A stretch of DNA of 64,000 bases, taken from NCBI GenBank assembly GCA_964577565.1, contig CAZNZL010000003.1, forward strand, positions 241 through 64,240, written 5' to 3'. Below, in pieces: positions 44,442 through 53,798 of this stretch. Below the pieces are notes generated by a model. That model was not told the origin of the DNA. It searched no databases and was given only the letters and a program-made list of their open reading frames with translations. The stretch comes from an uncultured Candidatus Saccharibacteria bacterium. GTDB taxonomy: Bacteria > Patescibacteriota > Saccharimonadia > Saccharimonadales > JAGQNJ01. The position numbers and the translations under genes are program-made. Every line of letters starts with the position of its first letter. Positions within the stretch are counted from its first letter, which is position 1.

Positions 44442-44672
44442 TTTAACCATAAGCACAAAATGCTTTGCATATATAAAATTCTACGTGGCTCAGACTTGAG
44501 CTAGTTTCGGTAAAGTCTTGAGGAGCGCAACGAAACGTATGTTTAATACGTAGAGTGAGCACCACAAAGTACTGAACCGGAAATAGCCAAGAGGCAAACA
44601 GGCGACTAGCTTAGCTAGGCGGTAGATTGCTGGTACGAGTGCGTAGTCACCTTAAAAGGGGGATATAAGGCA

Positions 44673-45149
44673 ATGTTACAAAAATATAAAACTAAAAGAG
44701 ATGAAGGCTTTACTATCATAGAAGTCTTGATCGTGTTGGCGATCGCAGGTTTAATCTTATTGATTGTATTCTTGGCGGTGCCAGCCTTGCAGCGAAACTC
44801 GCGCAATAACGCACGTACTAACGATGCGAGTAGAATATCTGCAGCGGTATCGGAGTGTTTAGCTAATCGTAACGGTAATGTGGACCAATGTGTTAATCCT
44901 GATAATATTGCCGTAGGAAATCGTGCACAACTAACAGATGAGATTGCTGTGTTTGATAAGCCTGGGGCAAATCCAAATGATAACGCAAATATGACAGGTT
45001 CAACAAGTAAGGCAGTAGTTGTGTTTGGTGCGCGATGTAATGCTGATGGTGATCAAACTTTGGATGATAGTGAAGGCATCGCTGCTAGAGAGTTTGCAGT
45101 CCGTTTCCAAAACGAACCAGACACACAACAACGTTGTGTAGGTAGCTAA
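44673..45149 (+). CDS. pilA: major type IV pilin (class III signal peptide)
   Basis: KRDEG|FTIIEVLIVLAIAGLILLIV prepilin cleavage motif, GGGGGA Shine-Dalgarno sequence and a strong terminator downstream. Confidence 0.88.
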   Translation: MLQKYKTKRDEGFTIIEVLIVLAIAGLILLIVFLAVPALQRNSRNNARTNDASRISAAVSECLANRNGNVDQCVNPDNIAVGNRAQLTDEIAVFDKPGANPNDNANMTGSTSKAVVVFGARCNADGDQTLDDSEGIAAREFAVRFQNEPDTQQRCVGS

Positions 45150-45170
45150 TAGATTCTAGGTAAATATTAA

Positions 45171-45197
45171 AGAGCGAGGCAACTCGCTCTTTTTTTA
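45171..45197 (+). terminator. intrinsic terminator after the pilin gene
   Basis: AGAGCGAG-gcaa-CTCGCTCT followed by TTTTTTT. Confidence 0.85.
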
Positions 45198-45225
45198 TTG
45201 CTGCAAAATCAGTACTATTAAATAA

Positions 45226-46017
45226 ATGATAATTGTAATGCTTTTTATATTAGGGCTGATCTTCGGCAGTTTTATAAATGCCTTGGTATGGCGCATAAAA
45301 AACAAAAAAGATTGGGTCAATCAACGTTCTATCTGCCCACACTGCAAACATGTTCTTGCCCCTAAAGACCTTATACCGGTCATTAGCTGGCTGTTTTTAA
45401 AAGGAAGGTGCCGTTACTGCAAAAAAGCTATATCATTGCAGTATCCGCTTGTAGAGCTTCTGACGGCATTATTGTTTGTCGTCTCATACGTTTTTTGGCC
45501 ACATAGTTTTAGTTTGGTAGGCATTACGCTGTTTGTAAGCTGGCTAGGCACCTTAGTGTTACTGATTGCGTTGTTTGTATACGACCTTAAGTGGATGCTA
45601 CTACCTAACACATTAGTGGCGTCTGTTACGGTTACCGCAGGGCTTACGGTTATGTTGCGTGGCCTTCACGCTTCAGACCCCATAAAGATTCTTTGGGCCG
45701 TGCTGGCGGGCCTATTGCTGACAGGCCTTTTTTGGGGTTTGTTTGAGGTGTCAAAAGGCAAATGGATAGGCGGCGGAGATGTAAAGATAGCATTTGCCCT
45801 TGGTTTGTTGGCGGGGAATCCGCTGAATGCCTTGACCCTGCTCTTTGTTGCCTCGTTTATAGGTACAGTAATTATTGTGCCCCTGTTAGCTACTATGCGG
45901 CTTAAAGCCGGGTCTGTTATACCGTTCGGCCCTTTATTGATTGGTGCCGCCGTTATAATGTTTTTGTTTGGGCCAAGGCTTATTAGCTGGTATTCACAGT
46001 CATTTATATACATGTAA
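45226..46017 (+). CDS. pilD: prepilin peptidase (A24 family)
   Basis: CPHC...CRYC zinc motif, multiple TM helices and a GGGDVK catalytic-Asp motif. Confidence 0.9.
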   Translation: MIIVMLFILGLIFGSFINALVWRIKNKKDWVNQRSICPHCKHVLAPKDLIPVISWLFLKGRCRYCKKAISLQYPLVELLTALLFVVSYVFWPHSFSLVGITLFVSWLGTLVLLIALFVYDLKWMLLPNTLVASVTVTAGLTVMLRGLHASDPIKILWAVLAGLLLTGLFWGLFEVSKGKWIGGGDVKIAFALGLLAGNPLNALTLLFVASFIGTVIIVPLLATMRLKAGSVIPFGPLLIGAAVIMFLFGPRLISWYSQSFIYM

Positions 46018-46027
46018 AACATTACGT

Positions 46028-46042
46028 GCTTATGCTATAATT
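46028..46042 (+). promoter_or_regulatory. extended -10 promoter box GCTTATGCTATAATT, 7 nt before the minor-pilin operon ATG
   Basis: Identical 15-mer to 37578-37592. Confidence 0.65.
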
Positions 46043-46047
46043 TGCCT

Positions 46048-46923
46048 ATGATTCGTGGCAAGCGTCCACACCAAGGTGGGTATACCATCATAGAGGTTAT
46101 TACTGTTCTGACAATTAGCACGGTGCTAATTGTCAGTGCAATGGCGCTGTTTAACTCGAGGATTCCTCGAACCCAGTTCTCACAGGCGGTTACCGAGCTT
46201 GAGACGAAGTTGCGTGGTGTTACTAATGACGTGCAGAATGGGTTTTACCCGTCAACCAATAATATTAAATGTGACGCTACTAGTGGAGTCCAGGCCGCCC
46301 CTGGTGAACAGGGCACGAATTCGGACTGTATTTTTATGGGTAAGGCTATACAATTTGCGTCTCAAAAAGGCGATTGCGATCTTAATAGCCCACCAGTCGA
46401 TCATGCTGATTGCGACCAAATCGGCATTTACACAGTGTGGGGCCTGAGAAAAGACCTGTCAACAACACAAAATAATACCGAGTTGGCAGAACCTAAGATT
46501 ATTGACCCTACTACAGTTGGCGCTGGCGAAACGTACACTATTCCGCATGGTTTGCATATAACAAAAATTATCGGACCCGTTGCCAATCCTAACGGTGTAG
46601 CCTATTTACAAACTTTTGGGAGCGGTGCCGTAACTGTAGATGGTGGTGAGGAGAGGGTTACTGGTTCGCAATCAGTTGAAATGAGAGTATTTAATACCAA
46701 CTCCGGTAATTTGGCACTCGGTCAGCCTGCTTCTGTCTTTGCGGGCTTTACTAATATAAAGGCTGCTTCAAAAAACCCTGCGAATGGCGTTATCATTTGT
46801 CTAAAAAGCGGCACTACCGACCAGTTGGCAGCAATCACGTTGGGTGAAAACAATAACCCAATGAGTGTGACCCAAAGAATTCTATCAGCAGCTGAATGGG
46901 GTGTAGGAGGTGCTGGATGCTAA
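46048..46923 (+). CDS. minor pilin / pseudopilin 1
   Basis: HQGG|YTIIEVITVLTISTVLIV class III signal. ATG 46048 is preferred over TTG 46042. Confidence 0.8.
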   Translation: MIRGKRPHQGGYTIIEVITVLTISTVLIVSAMALFNSRIPRTQFSQAVTELETKLRGVTNDVQNGFYPSTNNIKCDATSGVQAAPGEQGTNSDCIFMGKAIQFASQKGDCDLNSPPVDHADCDQIGIYTVWGLRKDLSTTQNNTELAEPKIIDPTTVGAGETYTIPHGLHITKIIGPVANPNGVAYLQTFGSGAVTVDGGEERVTGSQSVEMRVFNTNSGNLALGQPASVFAGFTNIKAASKNPANGVIICLKSGTTDQLAAITLGENNNPMSVTQRILSAAEWGVGGAGC

Positions 46924-47435
46924 AGCTACTGCGGTTGAGTCCAAAAGGTGACACTATTGTAGAAGTATTGATTGCGTTAGCGGTCTTAGGCGTAGTTATG
47001 ACTGCTGGTTACGCCATCTCTACTAGGAGCCTTAGCTCGGTGCGGGCTGCACAAGAGCGTAGCGAGGCCTTAAAAATAGCAGAATCGCAACTAGAGCTGC
47101 TGAGAAATAAAATTTACGAGCTAGGTGGTGTTCCAAACGAAGATATAAAAGTGGACCCTCCCGAAACGGCCTTCTGCTTTGACGGGGTAGATATTCGAAA
47201 ATTTGACATTGACCCTATTAATAAAATTGAAGACTATGCAGGTCACTCGGAAGCAAGCCACTGTATCATTAACCAGCTATATCATATAGCAATTGAGAGT
47301 GACGATATAACATACACTACACCTGGGGGGATAGATATCGAAGAGTTAAAATATACCGTTAACGTGTTTTGGGAGCCAATTAGTGGCTCTGATCAGCTGC
47401 AGCAAGTTAAATTATCGTATAAGGCGCCACAGTAA
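46917..47435 (+). CDS. minor pilin / pseudopilin 2
   Basis: SPKG|DTIVEVLIALAVLGVV. GGAGG Shine-Dalgarno sequence. The ATG overlaps the upstream stop. Confidence 0.75.
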   Translation: MLKLLRLSPKGDTIVEVLIALAVLGVVMTAGYAISTRSLSSVRAAQERSEALKIAESQLELLRNKIYELGGVPNEDIKVDPPETAFCFDGVDIRKFDIDPINKIEDYAGHSEASHCIINQLYHIAIESDDITYTTPGGIDIEELKYTVNVFWEPISGSDQLQQVKLSYKAPQ

Positions 47436-47440
47436 ACGCC

Positions 47441-48130
47441 ATGAAGCTCTCTAAAGTACCCACCAGCAAAGGTTTTACTATCATCGAGCTGTTAATAGCT
47501 ACAACTGCACTATCGGTCCTTATTTTAGGCGCAAGCTACATGATTATTCACATAGGGCGTATGTACTACAAAGGTGTCATTATGTCGCGTACGCAAGACG
47601 CCGCTAGAAATATTGTCGATAATATCGCAAGGCCAATTCAGCTGCACGATCAAGAAGTTCTGCGAGAGCCACTGCCTCCCGGAGAGTACGGTAGTGTTAT
47701 TAGCGATGAGGGTAATCATCCTAAAAAACATGCACTTTGTGTTGGTGACCAGCTCTTTTCATTTGTAACCGATATGATGGTTGATAAAGATGTTTCTAAT
47801 GGTATTGCAGAAGGGCGCATTCGACATGGTATATGGAAGAGCCAGAAGGGCCCGACAGGGTGTAGCCCAGTTGATCTTAGTGGTGCTATACCTTCAGGTG
47901 GAGGGGAAGACCTCTTGCCTGAAAAAATGAGACTAAACTCTCTAGAGGTTACAAATATCACCCCATCTGGTAGCGCGCCAGAAACAGTCTGGCAAATAAT
48001 CGTAGACGTGTCTTATGGAGAAATTGATGATATGGACAACAATGGCAAGTGTAAAGCACAGGTATCAAGCAGTCAGTTTTGTGCAAATGCTCGGTACGAA
48101 ACAACAGTTGTTAAAAGAGTAAAAAATTGA
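47441..48130 (+). CDS. minor pilin / pseudopilin 3
   Basis: TSKG|FTIIELLIATTALSVLILG. Confidence 0.78.
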   Translation: MKLSKVPTSKGFTIIELLIATTALSVLILGASYMIIHIGRMYYKGVIMSRTQDAARNIVDNIARPIQLHDQEVLREPLPPGEYGSVISDEGNHPKKHALCVGDQLFSFVTDMMVDKDVSNGIAEGRIRHGIWKSQKGPTGCSPVDLSGAIPSGGGEDLLPEKMRLNSLEVTNITPSGSAPETVWQIIVDVSYGEIDDMDNNGKCKAQVSSSQFCANARYETTVVKRVKN

Positions 48131-48144
48131 GGTACAATATAACC

Positions 48145-49188
48145 ATGAACAAGATAGAAGATTTTAAACACAAAGAATCGGGCGCAATAGCTATTACGGT
48201 AACCATGATTATCATGGTGCTTATTACACTGGTGGTACTAAGCTTTTCTTTGGTAGTTAGACGTGAGCAGCGGCAAAGTCTTGACCGACAATTAAGTACA
48301 CAGGCATTTTATGCTGCTGAGTCTGGCGTTCAGGCTGCTGCAGCGTTTCTGGGTGCGAATAATAATTACTCGACCAACAACTGCAACGAGTTTAATAATA
48401 TATCTGGTTACTCGAATGAAGTAGCCGACAACGTTTCATACACATGTGTACTTATAGACAACAAGCCATCAGATTGGGTCGCAAATTCGGTAGACCCAAA
48501 TGGATCAGTCGTGGTGCCAATTAGTACAACCGGTCAACCTGCTTCTTTACGCATAAGCTGGGAGAATGATGATGGCACAGAAAACTTTGCGTCATCTTCT
48601 GCGCCTATGACGTTCCCGCAAAGTGGTGGTGACAACTTGGGGACGGGTGTTTTAAGAGCTACCTTAATGAAGGCCAGCCAACTAGATAGGGCTAGCTTAA
48701 TAAATAACGCACAAACAATGTTTTTGTATCCAAAAAGCGGTTCTGGAGATGGAAGCACTGCATATGACCCCGTCAACAGCCCACAGAATCAATCTCGTCC
48801 AACGCAAGGGGCTATAGTTTCTGGCAACTGTGATGCGGGTAAGACTGACTCGCATGCGTGCAGCGTTAAAGTAAACCTCAGTAGCACCGATCGTAATAAT
48901 AAGTACTATCTCCATATTATGCCGCTATATCACAAAGTTAAAATCAAAGTAGAAGCGTATGATATTAATGGTAATCGTTTACAACTTGAAGATACGCAAG
49001 CTGTAGTTGACGTAACTGGCAAGGCAGCGGATGTTTTGCGTCGTATTCAGGTAAGAATACCTATTGGCGCGGCCCAGAAGTTGAATTTAAATGATAACCT
49101 CATGCCTGATGCCGCGCTAGAGTCAACCACGGGTATTTGTAAAAAGCTTTTAGTTGCAAACAATAATGTTTCAAACCAGTGCAATTAG
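48145..49188 (+). CDS. PilX-like large minor pilin / pilus-associated protein
   Basis: N-terminal hydrophobic helix (AIAITVTMIIMVLITLVVLSF). It is the last gene of the pilin operon. Confidence 0.65.
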   Translation: MNKIEDFKHKESGAIAITVTMIIMVLITLVVLSFSLVVRREQRQSLDRQLSTQAFYAAESGVQAAAAFLGANNNYSTNNCNEFNNISGYSNEVADNVSYTCVLIDNKPSDWVANSVDPNGSVVVPISTTGQPASLRISWENDDGTENFASSSAPMTFPQSGGDNLGTGVLRATLMKASQLDRASLINNAQTMFLYPKSGSGDGSTAYDPVNSPQNQSRPTQGAIVSGNCDAGKTDSHACSVKVNLSSTDRNNKYYLHIMPLYHKVKIKVEAYDINGNRLQLEDTQAVVDVTGKAADVLRRIQVRIPIGAAQKLNLNDNLMPDAALESTTGICKKLLVANNNVSNQCN

Positions 49189-49243
49189 ATTAGCAATTTT
49201 CTAGTATAAACATACAAAATAAATAGAGACAGTCCTTGGCTAT

Positions 49244-50161
49244 CTAATCTGATTGGCGGTGAAACTTTTGGTGTACTTGCTTTAGGTGTGGGTCGGTAAC
49301 GTGTGTATATATTTGAGTGGTGGCAATGTTGCTGTGGCCGAGCAAGGCTTGGACGCTTCTTAGGTCAGCTCCGTTCATTAATAGGTCGGTCGCAAAACTA
49401 TGCCGTAAGGTATGAGGCGATACGTGTTTAGTGATACCTGCCAGCAGGGCATAGCGACTTACCATCCGTTGTATACTCCGTGCCGTAAGCCGTTTGTAAT
49501 CACCAGAACTATCAGGGTTATTCTTTTGGTTGCCATGTCGAATAAACAGGGCAGGGATGGTATCGTTGCGTTGTTCAATATAGTTCGTGAGCCATTCTGC
49601 TGCTGAATCGCTAATAAAAATTGGGCGATCTTTTTGACCCTTGCCTCTAACCATAAACTCTTTTCGCTTTAGATTGACGTGCTCTTTGTTAAGGCTGACT
49701 AACTCTGATACGCGCAAACCACTCGAGAATAATAGTTCTAAAATTGCTCTGTCTCTTAGACCTTGTAAGGTGTTAATGTTTGGTTGAGCAAATAAATTAC
49801 TCAATTCTTCAGCACTTAAAAATGTAACTTGTTTGCGAACAACTTTTGCCAACTCTATTTTGTCGGCGGGCAAGGCCTTGATTTCACGCTTAGTGCACCA
49901 TTTGAGAAAACTTCTTAACGCAATGAGATGATAGTTAAGCGTGTTTTTTTGTAGCTCTTCGCTTGTATTGGTACCCAAGCGGTTTAGCCATAAACGCCAT
50001 TTGCGAATAAAATCTTGATTAATGTCTTCAACCTTTATGTCACCGGCAAAATCTTCAAGCCGGGTGAGGTAATGATCATAATTACGAATGGTACGCTGAG
50101 AGCGATTTTGCTCAATCTCTAAGTATTCTAAAAAATCTACTTTAGCTTTATTGAATAGCAT
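49244..50161 (-). CDS. XerC/XerD-family tyrosine recombinase
   Basis: SAM-like N-domain and catalytic R...HTLRHSFAT...LLGH...TQIYTHV. TACAAT lies 6 nt upstream of ATG 50161. Confidence 0.88.
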   Translation of the reverse strand: MLFNKAKVDFLEYLEIEQNRSQRTIRNYDHYLTRLEDFAGDIKVEDINQDFIRKWRLWLNRLGTNTSEELQKNTLNYHLIALRSFLKWCTKREIKALPADKIELAKVVRKQVTFLSAEELSNLFAQPNINTLQGLRDRAILELLFSSGLRVSELVSLNKEHVNLKRKEFMVRGKGQKDRPIFISDSAAEWLTNYIEQRNDTIPALFIRHGNQKNNPDSSGDYKRLTARSIQRMVSRYALLAGITKHVSPHTLRHSFATDLLMNGADLRSVQALLGHSNIATTQIYTHVTDPHLKQVHQKFHRQSD

Positions 50162-50294
50162 ACCTATATTGTACGACCCCACACAAACATTCCCAAAACC
50201 TGCCTGAGCTGGACAATTTGAGAACGTTCTGACAAAGCGAAGGGGTTTAATGAATGGTGCTAATCTGTTAAAATGATAATAAATTCTAAACGAT

Positions 50295-50332
50295 AAGGAT
50301 AAAATTATGGAGCAAGGATAAAATTATGGAAC
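50295..50332 (+). repeat. tandem 19-bp duplication of the ndk ribosome-binding/start region
   Basis: AAGGATAAAATTATGGAGC and AAGGATAAAATTATGGAAC. The first ATG opens MEQG-stop. Confidence 0.9.
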
Positions 50333-50883
50333 AAACGTTGATTATTTTAAAACCTGATACGGTTCAACGAGCAATTGCGGGTGAAATTATTACTCGTTTT
50401 GAGCGCGTGGGATTGAAAATCATTGGAATGAAAATGATGATTCCTGAAATGGAACTATTAAGAAATCATTATCCCGATGAGCTGATTCCTATTGTGGGCA
50501 ATAAGACAAAAGAAGACTGGGATAATTACGGGGTAGAGTACAGTGAATCAGTCGAAGAAATTGGCAAAATGATTGTGGACGCAACAAGAGACTTTATGAA
50601 AAGTTCTCCGGTAATAGCCATCGTACTTGAAGGCGGCCATGCAGTAGAGATTGTTCGTAAGATGGTTGGTAATACGGGGCCGAAGGATTCGCCACCCGGA
50701 ACAATTAGAGGGGACTATGCGCACTTGAGCTTGGGTCGTGCCTCATTACAAAAAAGAGGTGCGGCAAATATTGTTCACGCCTCAGGCTCGGTTAAAGAAG
50801 CCCAACATGAAATCGACATGTGGTTTGATAAGCATGAGCTATTTAACTATAAGACGGTCCATGAACAGCTGACACAAGCGTAA
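50326..50883 (+). CDS. ndk: nucleoside diphosphate kinase (long form with an insertion)
   Basis: TLIILKPD start, and NIVHASGS containing the active-site His. Confidence 0.85.
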   Translation: MEQTLIILKPDTVQRAIAGEIITRFERVGLKIIGMKMMIPEMELLRNHYPDELIPIVGNKTKEDWDNYGVEYSESVEEIGKMIVDATRDFMKSSPVIAIVLEGGHAVEIVRKMVGNTGPKDSPPGTIRGDYAHLSLGRASLQKRGAANIVHASGSVKEAQHEIDMWFDKHELFNYKTVHEQLTQA

Positions 50884-50967
50884 TATCTATTACTCATGGA
50901 TTAGGTGTGTGGCAGTATAAAACAATTGTTTTTTCATTTTAAACATTAAATAGATAAAATTGAGATG

Positions 50968-51042
50968 AGTCCCCATAGTTCAATGGATAGAATACCTCCG
51001 TCCTAAGGAGTAGATCTACGTTCGAATCGTAGTGGGGATACC
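50968..51042 (+). tRNA. tRNA-Arg (anticodon CCT), CCA encoded
   Basis: Cloverleaf folded by hand: acceptor GTCCCCA/TGGGGAT, T-arm CTACG-TTCGAAT-CGTAG, anticodon loop GTCCTAA. Confidence 0.8.
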
Positions 51043-51065
51043 ATAATAAAAGCGAGCCATTGCAC

Positions 51066-51521
51066 ATGAGAGATTTACAGAGCGACATATTAATTGAATT
51101 GCATGTTCCTGATTTTGAAACAGTAAAAGATTTTTACTGCAAACTTGGATATGAGGTTGTTTGGGAAAAAACTCCACGAGAACGGGAAGGGTATCTAGTT
51201 TTGCGTTCGGGCCATAGTGTACTGAACTTTTATTGTGGGAACGATCATGTCTATGAGCACTCGTATTTTAAAAGATTTTCAAGAAACACACCCAGAGGCT
51301 ATGGTGTAGAGATCATCATACCTGTGACGGGTATAGCTAAGTTTTATGACCAATTCAAACGGATATATCCTGACAACATAGTCGGTGAACTATACAAGAG
51401 GCATAGTCGTGCAGATTTTAGGGTGACTGATCCGTTCGGATATTATTTGCGATTCGTTGAACGTTATAACTGGGTAGATGGAAGAGACAAGAAAGGGAAT
51501 GTGGTTAAGAAAGAGGGTTAA
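51066..51521 (+). CDS. VOC (glyoxalase/bleomycin-resistance) fold protein
   Basis: A beta-alpha-beta-beta-beta pattern is inferred from the sequence (HVPDFETVKDFYCKLGYEV...FRVTDPFGYYLRF). Confidence 0.55.
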   Translation: MRDLQSDILIELHVPDFETVKDFYCKLGYEVVWEKTPREREGYLVLRSGHSVLNFYCGNDHVYEHSYFKRFSRNTPRGYGVEIIIPVTGIAKFYDQFKRIYPDNIVGELYKRHSRADFRVTDPFGYYLRFVERYNWVDGRDKKGNVVKKEG

Positions 51522-51578
51522 TATAACCTTACTAAGATTGGAAAAAGAATTAGTTGTAAAATAGAGTAAAATAAGGTT

Positions 51579-52151
51579 ATGGCTAAAAAAGAAAAAACAG
51601 CCCGAAAAGAGTTTGCCGATCAGTTTGATGATGAAGAGGTGCTGTATACGTTTAGAAAGCATCCGATCGTCATGCGCAAGGGTTTGGTTATATCAATGTT
51701 TGCCATCCTGCTGGGCACCATCCCGGCACTTATTAAACCAGAGATGTCGTACTTTTACGGCGGAATGGCCGGAGGGCTGGTGTTGGCCTTTTTGTTATTT
51801 TTGCCATCGTGGATTGTGTGGTTTTACAGTATTTTTATTGTGACCGACCAGCGCTTTGTGCAGATATCGCAAAAAGGCTTTTTTAGTAAGTCAGTGGTAG
51901 ATATTGGTTTAAGCAAAATTCAGTCCACCAACTATGAAATTAAAGGAGTGCAGGCAACACTGCTTGGATTTGGTACAATAATTATACAGACATACATGGG
52001 GGACTTAGTTGTTCACGAGGTGCATCATCCCGCAGAGGTCATAAGAAAAATGAACGAAATCTTGCGACAAGAGGGGGTTGAGGCTGAAGTTATGGATGAG
52101 GCAGAAATTAAAAGTGGGAACGAAGATGAAGAAATACTCGAAGAAATTTAA
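51579..52151 (+). CDS. membrane bPH (YdbS/YdbT-like PH domain) protein
   Basis: FRKHPIVM, two TM helices, a PH-like region and an acidic tail. TAAAAT lies 6 nt before the ATG. Confidence 0.65.
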   Translation: MAKKEKTARKEFADQFDDEEVLYTFRKHPIVMRKGLVISMFAILLGTIPALIKPEMSYFYGGMAGGLVLAFLLFLPSWIVWFYSIFIVTDQRFVQISQKGFFSKSVVDIGLSKIQSTNYEIKGVQATLLGFGTIIIQTYMGDLVVHEVHHPAEVIRKMNEILRQEGVEAEVMDEAEIKSGNEDEEILEEI

Positions 52152-53217
52152 AAGGCCAAAGCTTCGCCGCAAAAAGCAGCAAGAAGCTATTCCAGTTACA
52201 GCCTTGCCGCGCATTACAAATGATACCGTCGCCGAGCACCGTGAAGAGGTGTTGGGGAGCGCACGTAAATATATTTACCCGCTGCAACACTCAAAGCATA
52301 AAATTGTGATGTTAACAGTGTCTATCGTCTTGGTAGCATTAATTGCATTCTTTACGTATTGCACCATTGCGTTGTATCGCTTGCAGTCAACCTCGACGTT
52401 TTTATATAAAGCAACACAGGTTATTCCGTTTCCGATTGCTCGGCAGGGTGGGCGTTTTATAGCATATGAGAACTATCTGTTTGAAGTGCGCCGTTATATG
52501 CACTACTACGAAAACCAACAGAAGCTAGATTTTAACAGCGATGTTGGCAAGCAGCAGCTTGATGAATATAAGCGCCGCGCCCTAGAAAAGGTAATTGACG
52601 ACGCCTATATTAAGCAAATTGCCAAAGATAAAAATATAACCGTCACCGACAGAGAAGTAGAAGATCAAATTACGTTGTTGCGCAACCAGGAGCGGCTTGG
52701 CAGTAGTGACGAGGTGCTTGAAGATGTCTTGCGGCAGTATTTTGGCTGGTCAAGAGCCGATTTTAAACGTTATGCACGAGATACCTTGTTGCGCCAAAAG
52801 GTGCTGGCGGCTCTTGATACTGATACAAGGGGCAGGGCAGAGGCAGCCTTGGCCGAGATTAAAGCTGGCGGTGACTTTGCGGCTATTGCTCAGGCGTATT
52901 CAGATGACGCCTCCTCAAAAGATAGTGGCGGTGAGTTTGGTTTTTTGATAGAGAAATCTAACCGAGACCTCAACTCCCGTACGCTTGATGCAATTTTTAA
53001 TCTGCAGCCCGGCCAAACCTCAGACATTATCAACACCGGCAACGGTTTAGAAATTTATAAACTGCTCGAGCTTCAAGAGGGCACCAAGGCTAAAGCGGCG
53101 CACATAGTGTTTAATTTTAAAGACATCAACGAATTTTTAAATGACAGCAAAGACAAACAGCCAACCAGGACGTACATTAAACTGCCAGAGCTAGGGTCGG
53201 GCGAAGATCCTCGCTAA
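52126..53217 (+). CDS. membrane-anchored SurA-N/parvulin-type peptidyl-prolyl isomerase
   Basis: TM anchor and PpiC rotamase region (GGDFAAIAQAYSDD...GGEFGF...G.EIYKLLE). Confidence 0.8.
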   Translation: MKKYSKKFKRPKLRRKKQQEAIPVTALPRITNDTVAEHREEVLGSARKYIYPLQHSKHKIVMLTVSIVLVALIAFFTYCTIALYRLQSTSTFLYKATQVIPFPIARQGGRFIAYENYLFEVRRYMHYYENQQKLDFNSDVGKQQLDEYKRRALEKVIDDAYIKQIAKDKNITVTDREVEDQITLLRNQERLGSSDEVLEDVLRQYFGWSRADFKRYARDTLLRQKVLAALDTDTRGRAEAALAEIKAGGDFAAIAQAYSDDASSKDSGGEFGFLIEKSNRDLNSRTLDAIFNLQPGQTSDIINTGNGLEIYKLLELQEGTKAKAAHIVFNFKDINEFLNDSKDKQPTRTYIKLPELGSGEDPR

Positions 53218-53342
53218 CGGTACTAGTAGCTTTTTTATACGAAACAGGGTAAAATAAGGCGACAGGATTCTTGCTAGCCATTGTTTAGTGTGTGAGTAAA
53301 GATAGGTCGACCTGAAATAAAAGAAAGTAAAGGTTTTAAAAA

Positions 53343-53642
53343 ATGGCTAGTAAGTTATACGTAGGGGGTTTGCCCTACAGTACTACCGACCAAGAATTGC
53401 AAGATTTGTTTGCAGCTCATGGTACGGTTGCTTCAGCAACGGTTATTCAAGACCGCGAATCGGGCCGCTCAAAAGGCTTTGGTTTTGTGGAATTTGAATC
53501 TGCTGATGACGCTCAAGCTGCAATCAAAGCACTTGATGGTAGTGACCTTGGCGGACGCAAGATTGTCGTCAACGAGGCCCGCCCGCGCGAAGAACGCCCA
53601 TCAGGCGGCTTTAACCGCAACTCATCGTTTAGGCAACGATAG
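53343..53642 (+). CDS. RRM-type RNA-binding protein
   Basis: RNP2 (KLYVGGL) and RNP1 (KGFGFVEF) motifs. Confidence 0.9.
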   Translation: MASKLYVGGLPYSTTDQELQDLFAAHGTVASATVIQDRESGRSKGFGFVEFESADDAQAAIKALDGSDLGGRKIVVNEARPREERPSGGFNRNSSFRQR

Positions 53643-53644
53643 AC

Positions 53645-53674
53645 AAAAACCTCCTGGCAACGGGAGGTTTTTTC
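53645..53674 (+). terminator. intrinsic terminator
   Basis: AAAACCTCC-tggcaacg-GGAGGTTTTTT. Confidence 0.85.
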
Positions 53675-53798
53675 ATTGGTTTTGCTATTATCAATACCTG
53701 TTTAATAGTCCTTTTCAGGCAGACTTGTAAGAATTATCGCTGAAGCGGTGTAGCCGCTCGACTTAGAATAATGAGTGTTAGCTTAGAAAGGAGGTGGT

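Noticed and set aside
44401-44672. A c-di-GMP or other known riboswitch in the pilin leader
   Set aside because: I could not match any riboswitch consensus I know by eye. It is kept only as an unclassified structured leader.
49244-50161. The tyrosine recombinase as the integrase of a mobile element carrying the pilus locus
   Set aside because: The sequence has the Xer-type two-domain layout. No flanking direct repeats or tRNA target are visible. It is most simply the housekeeping chromosome-dimer resolvase.
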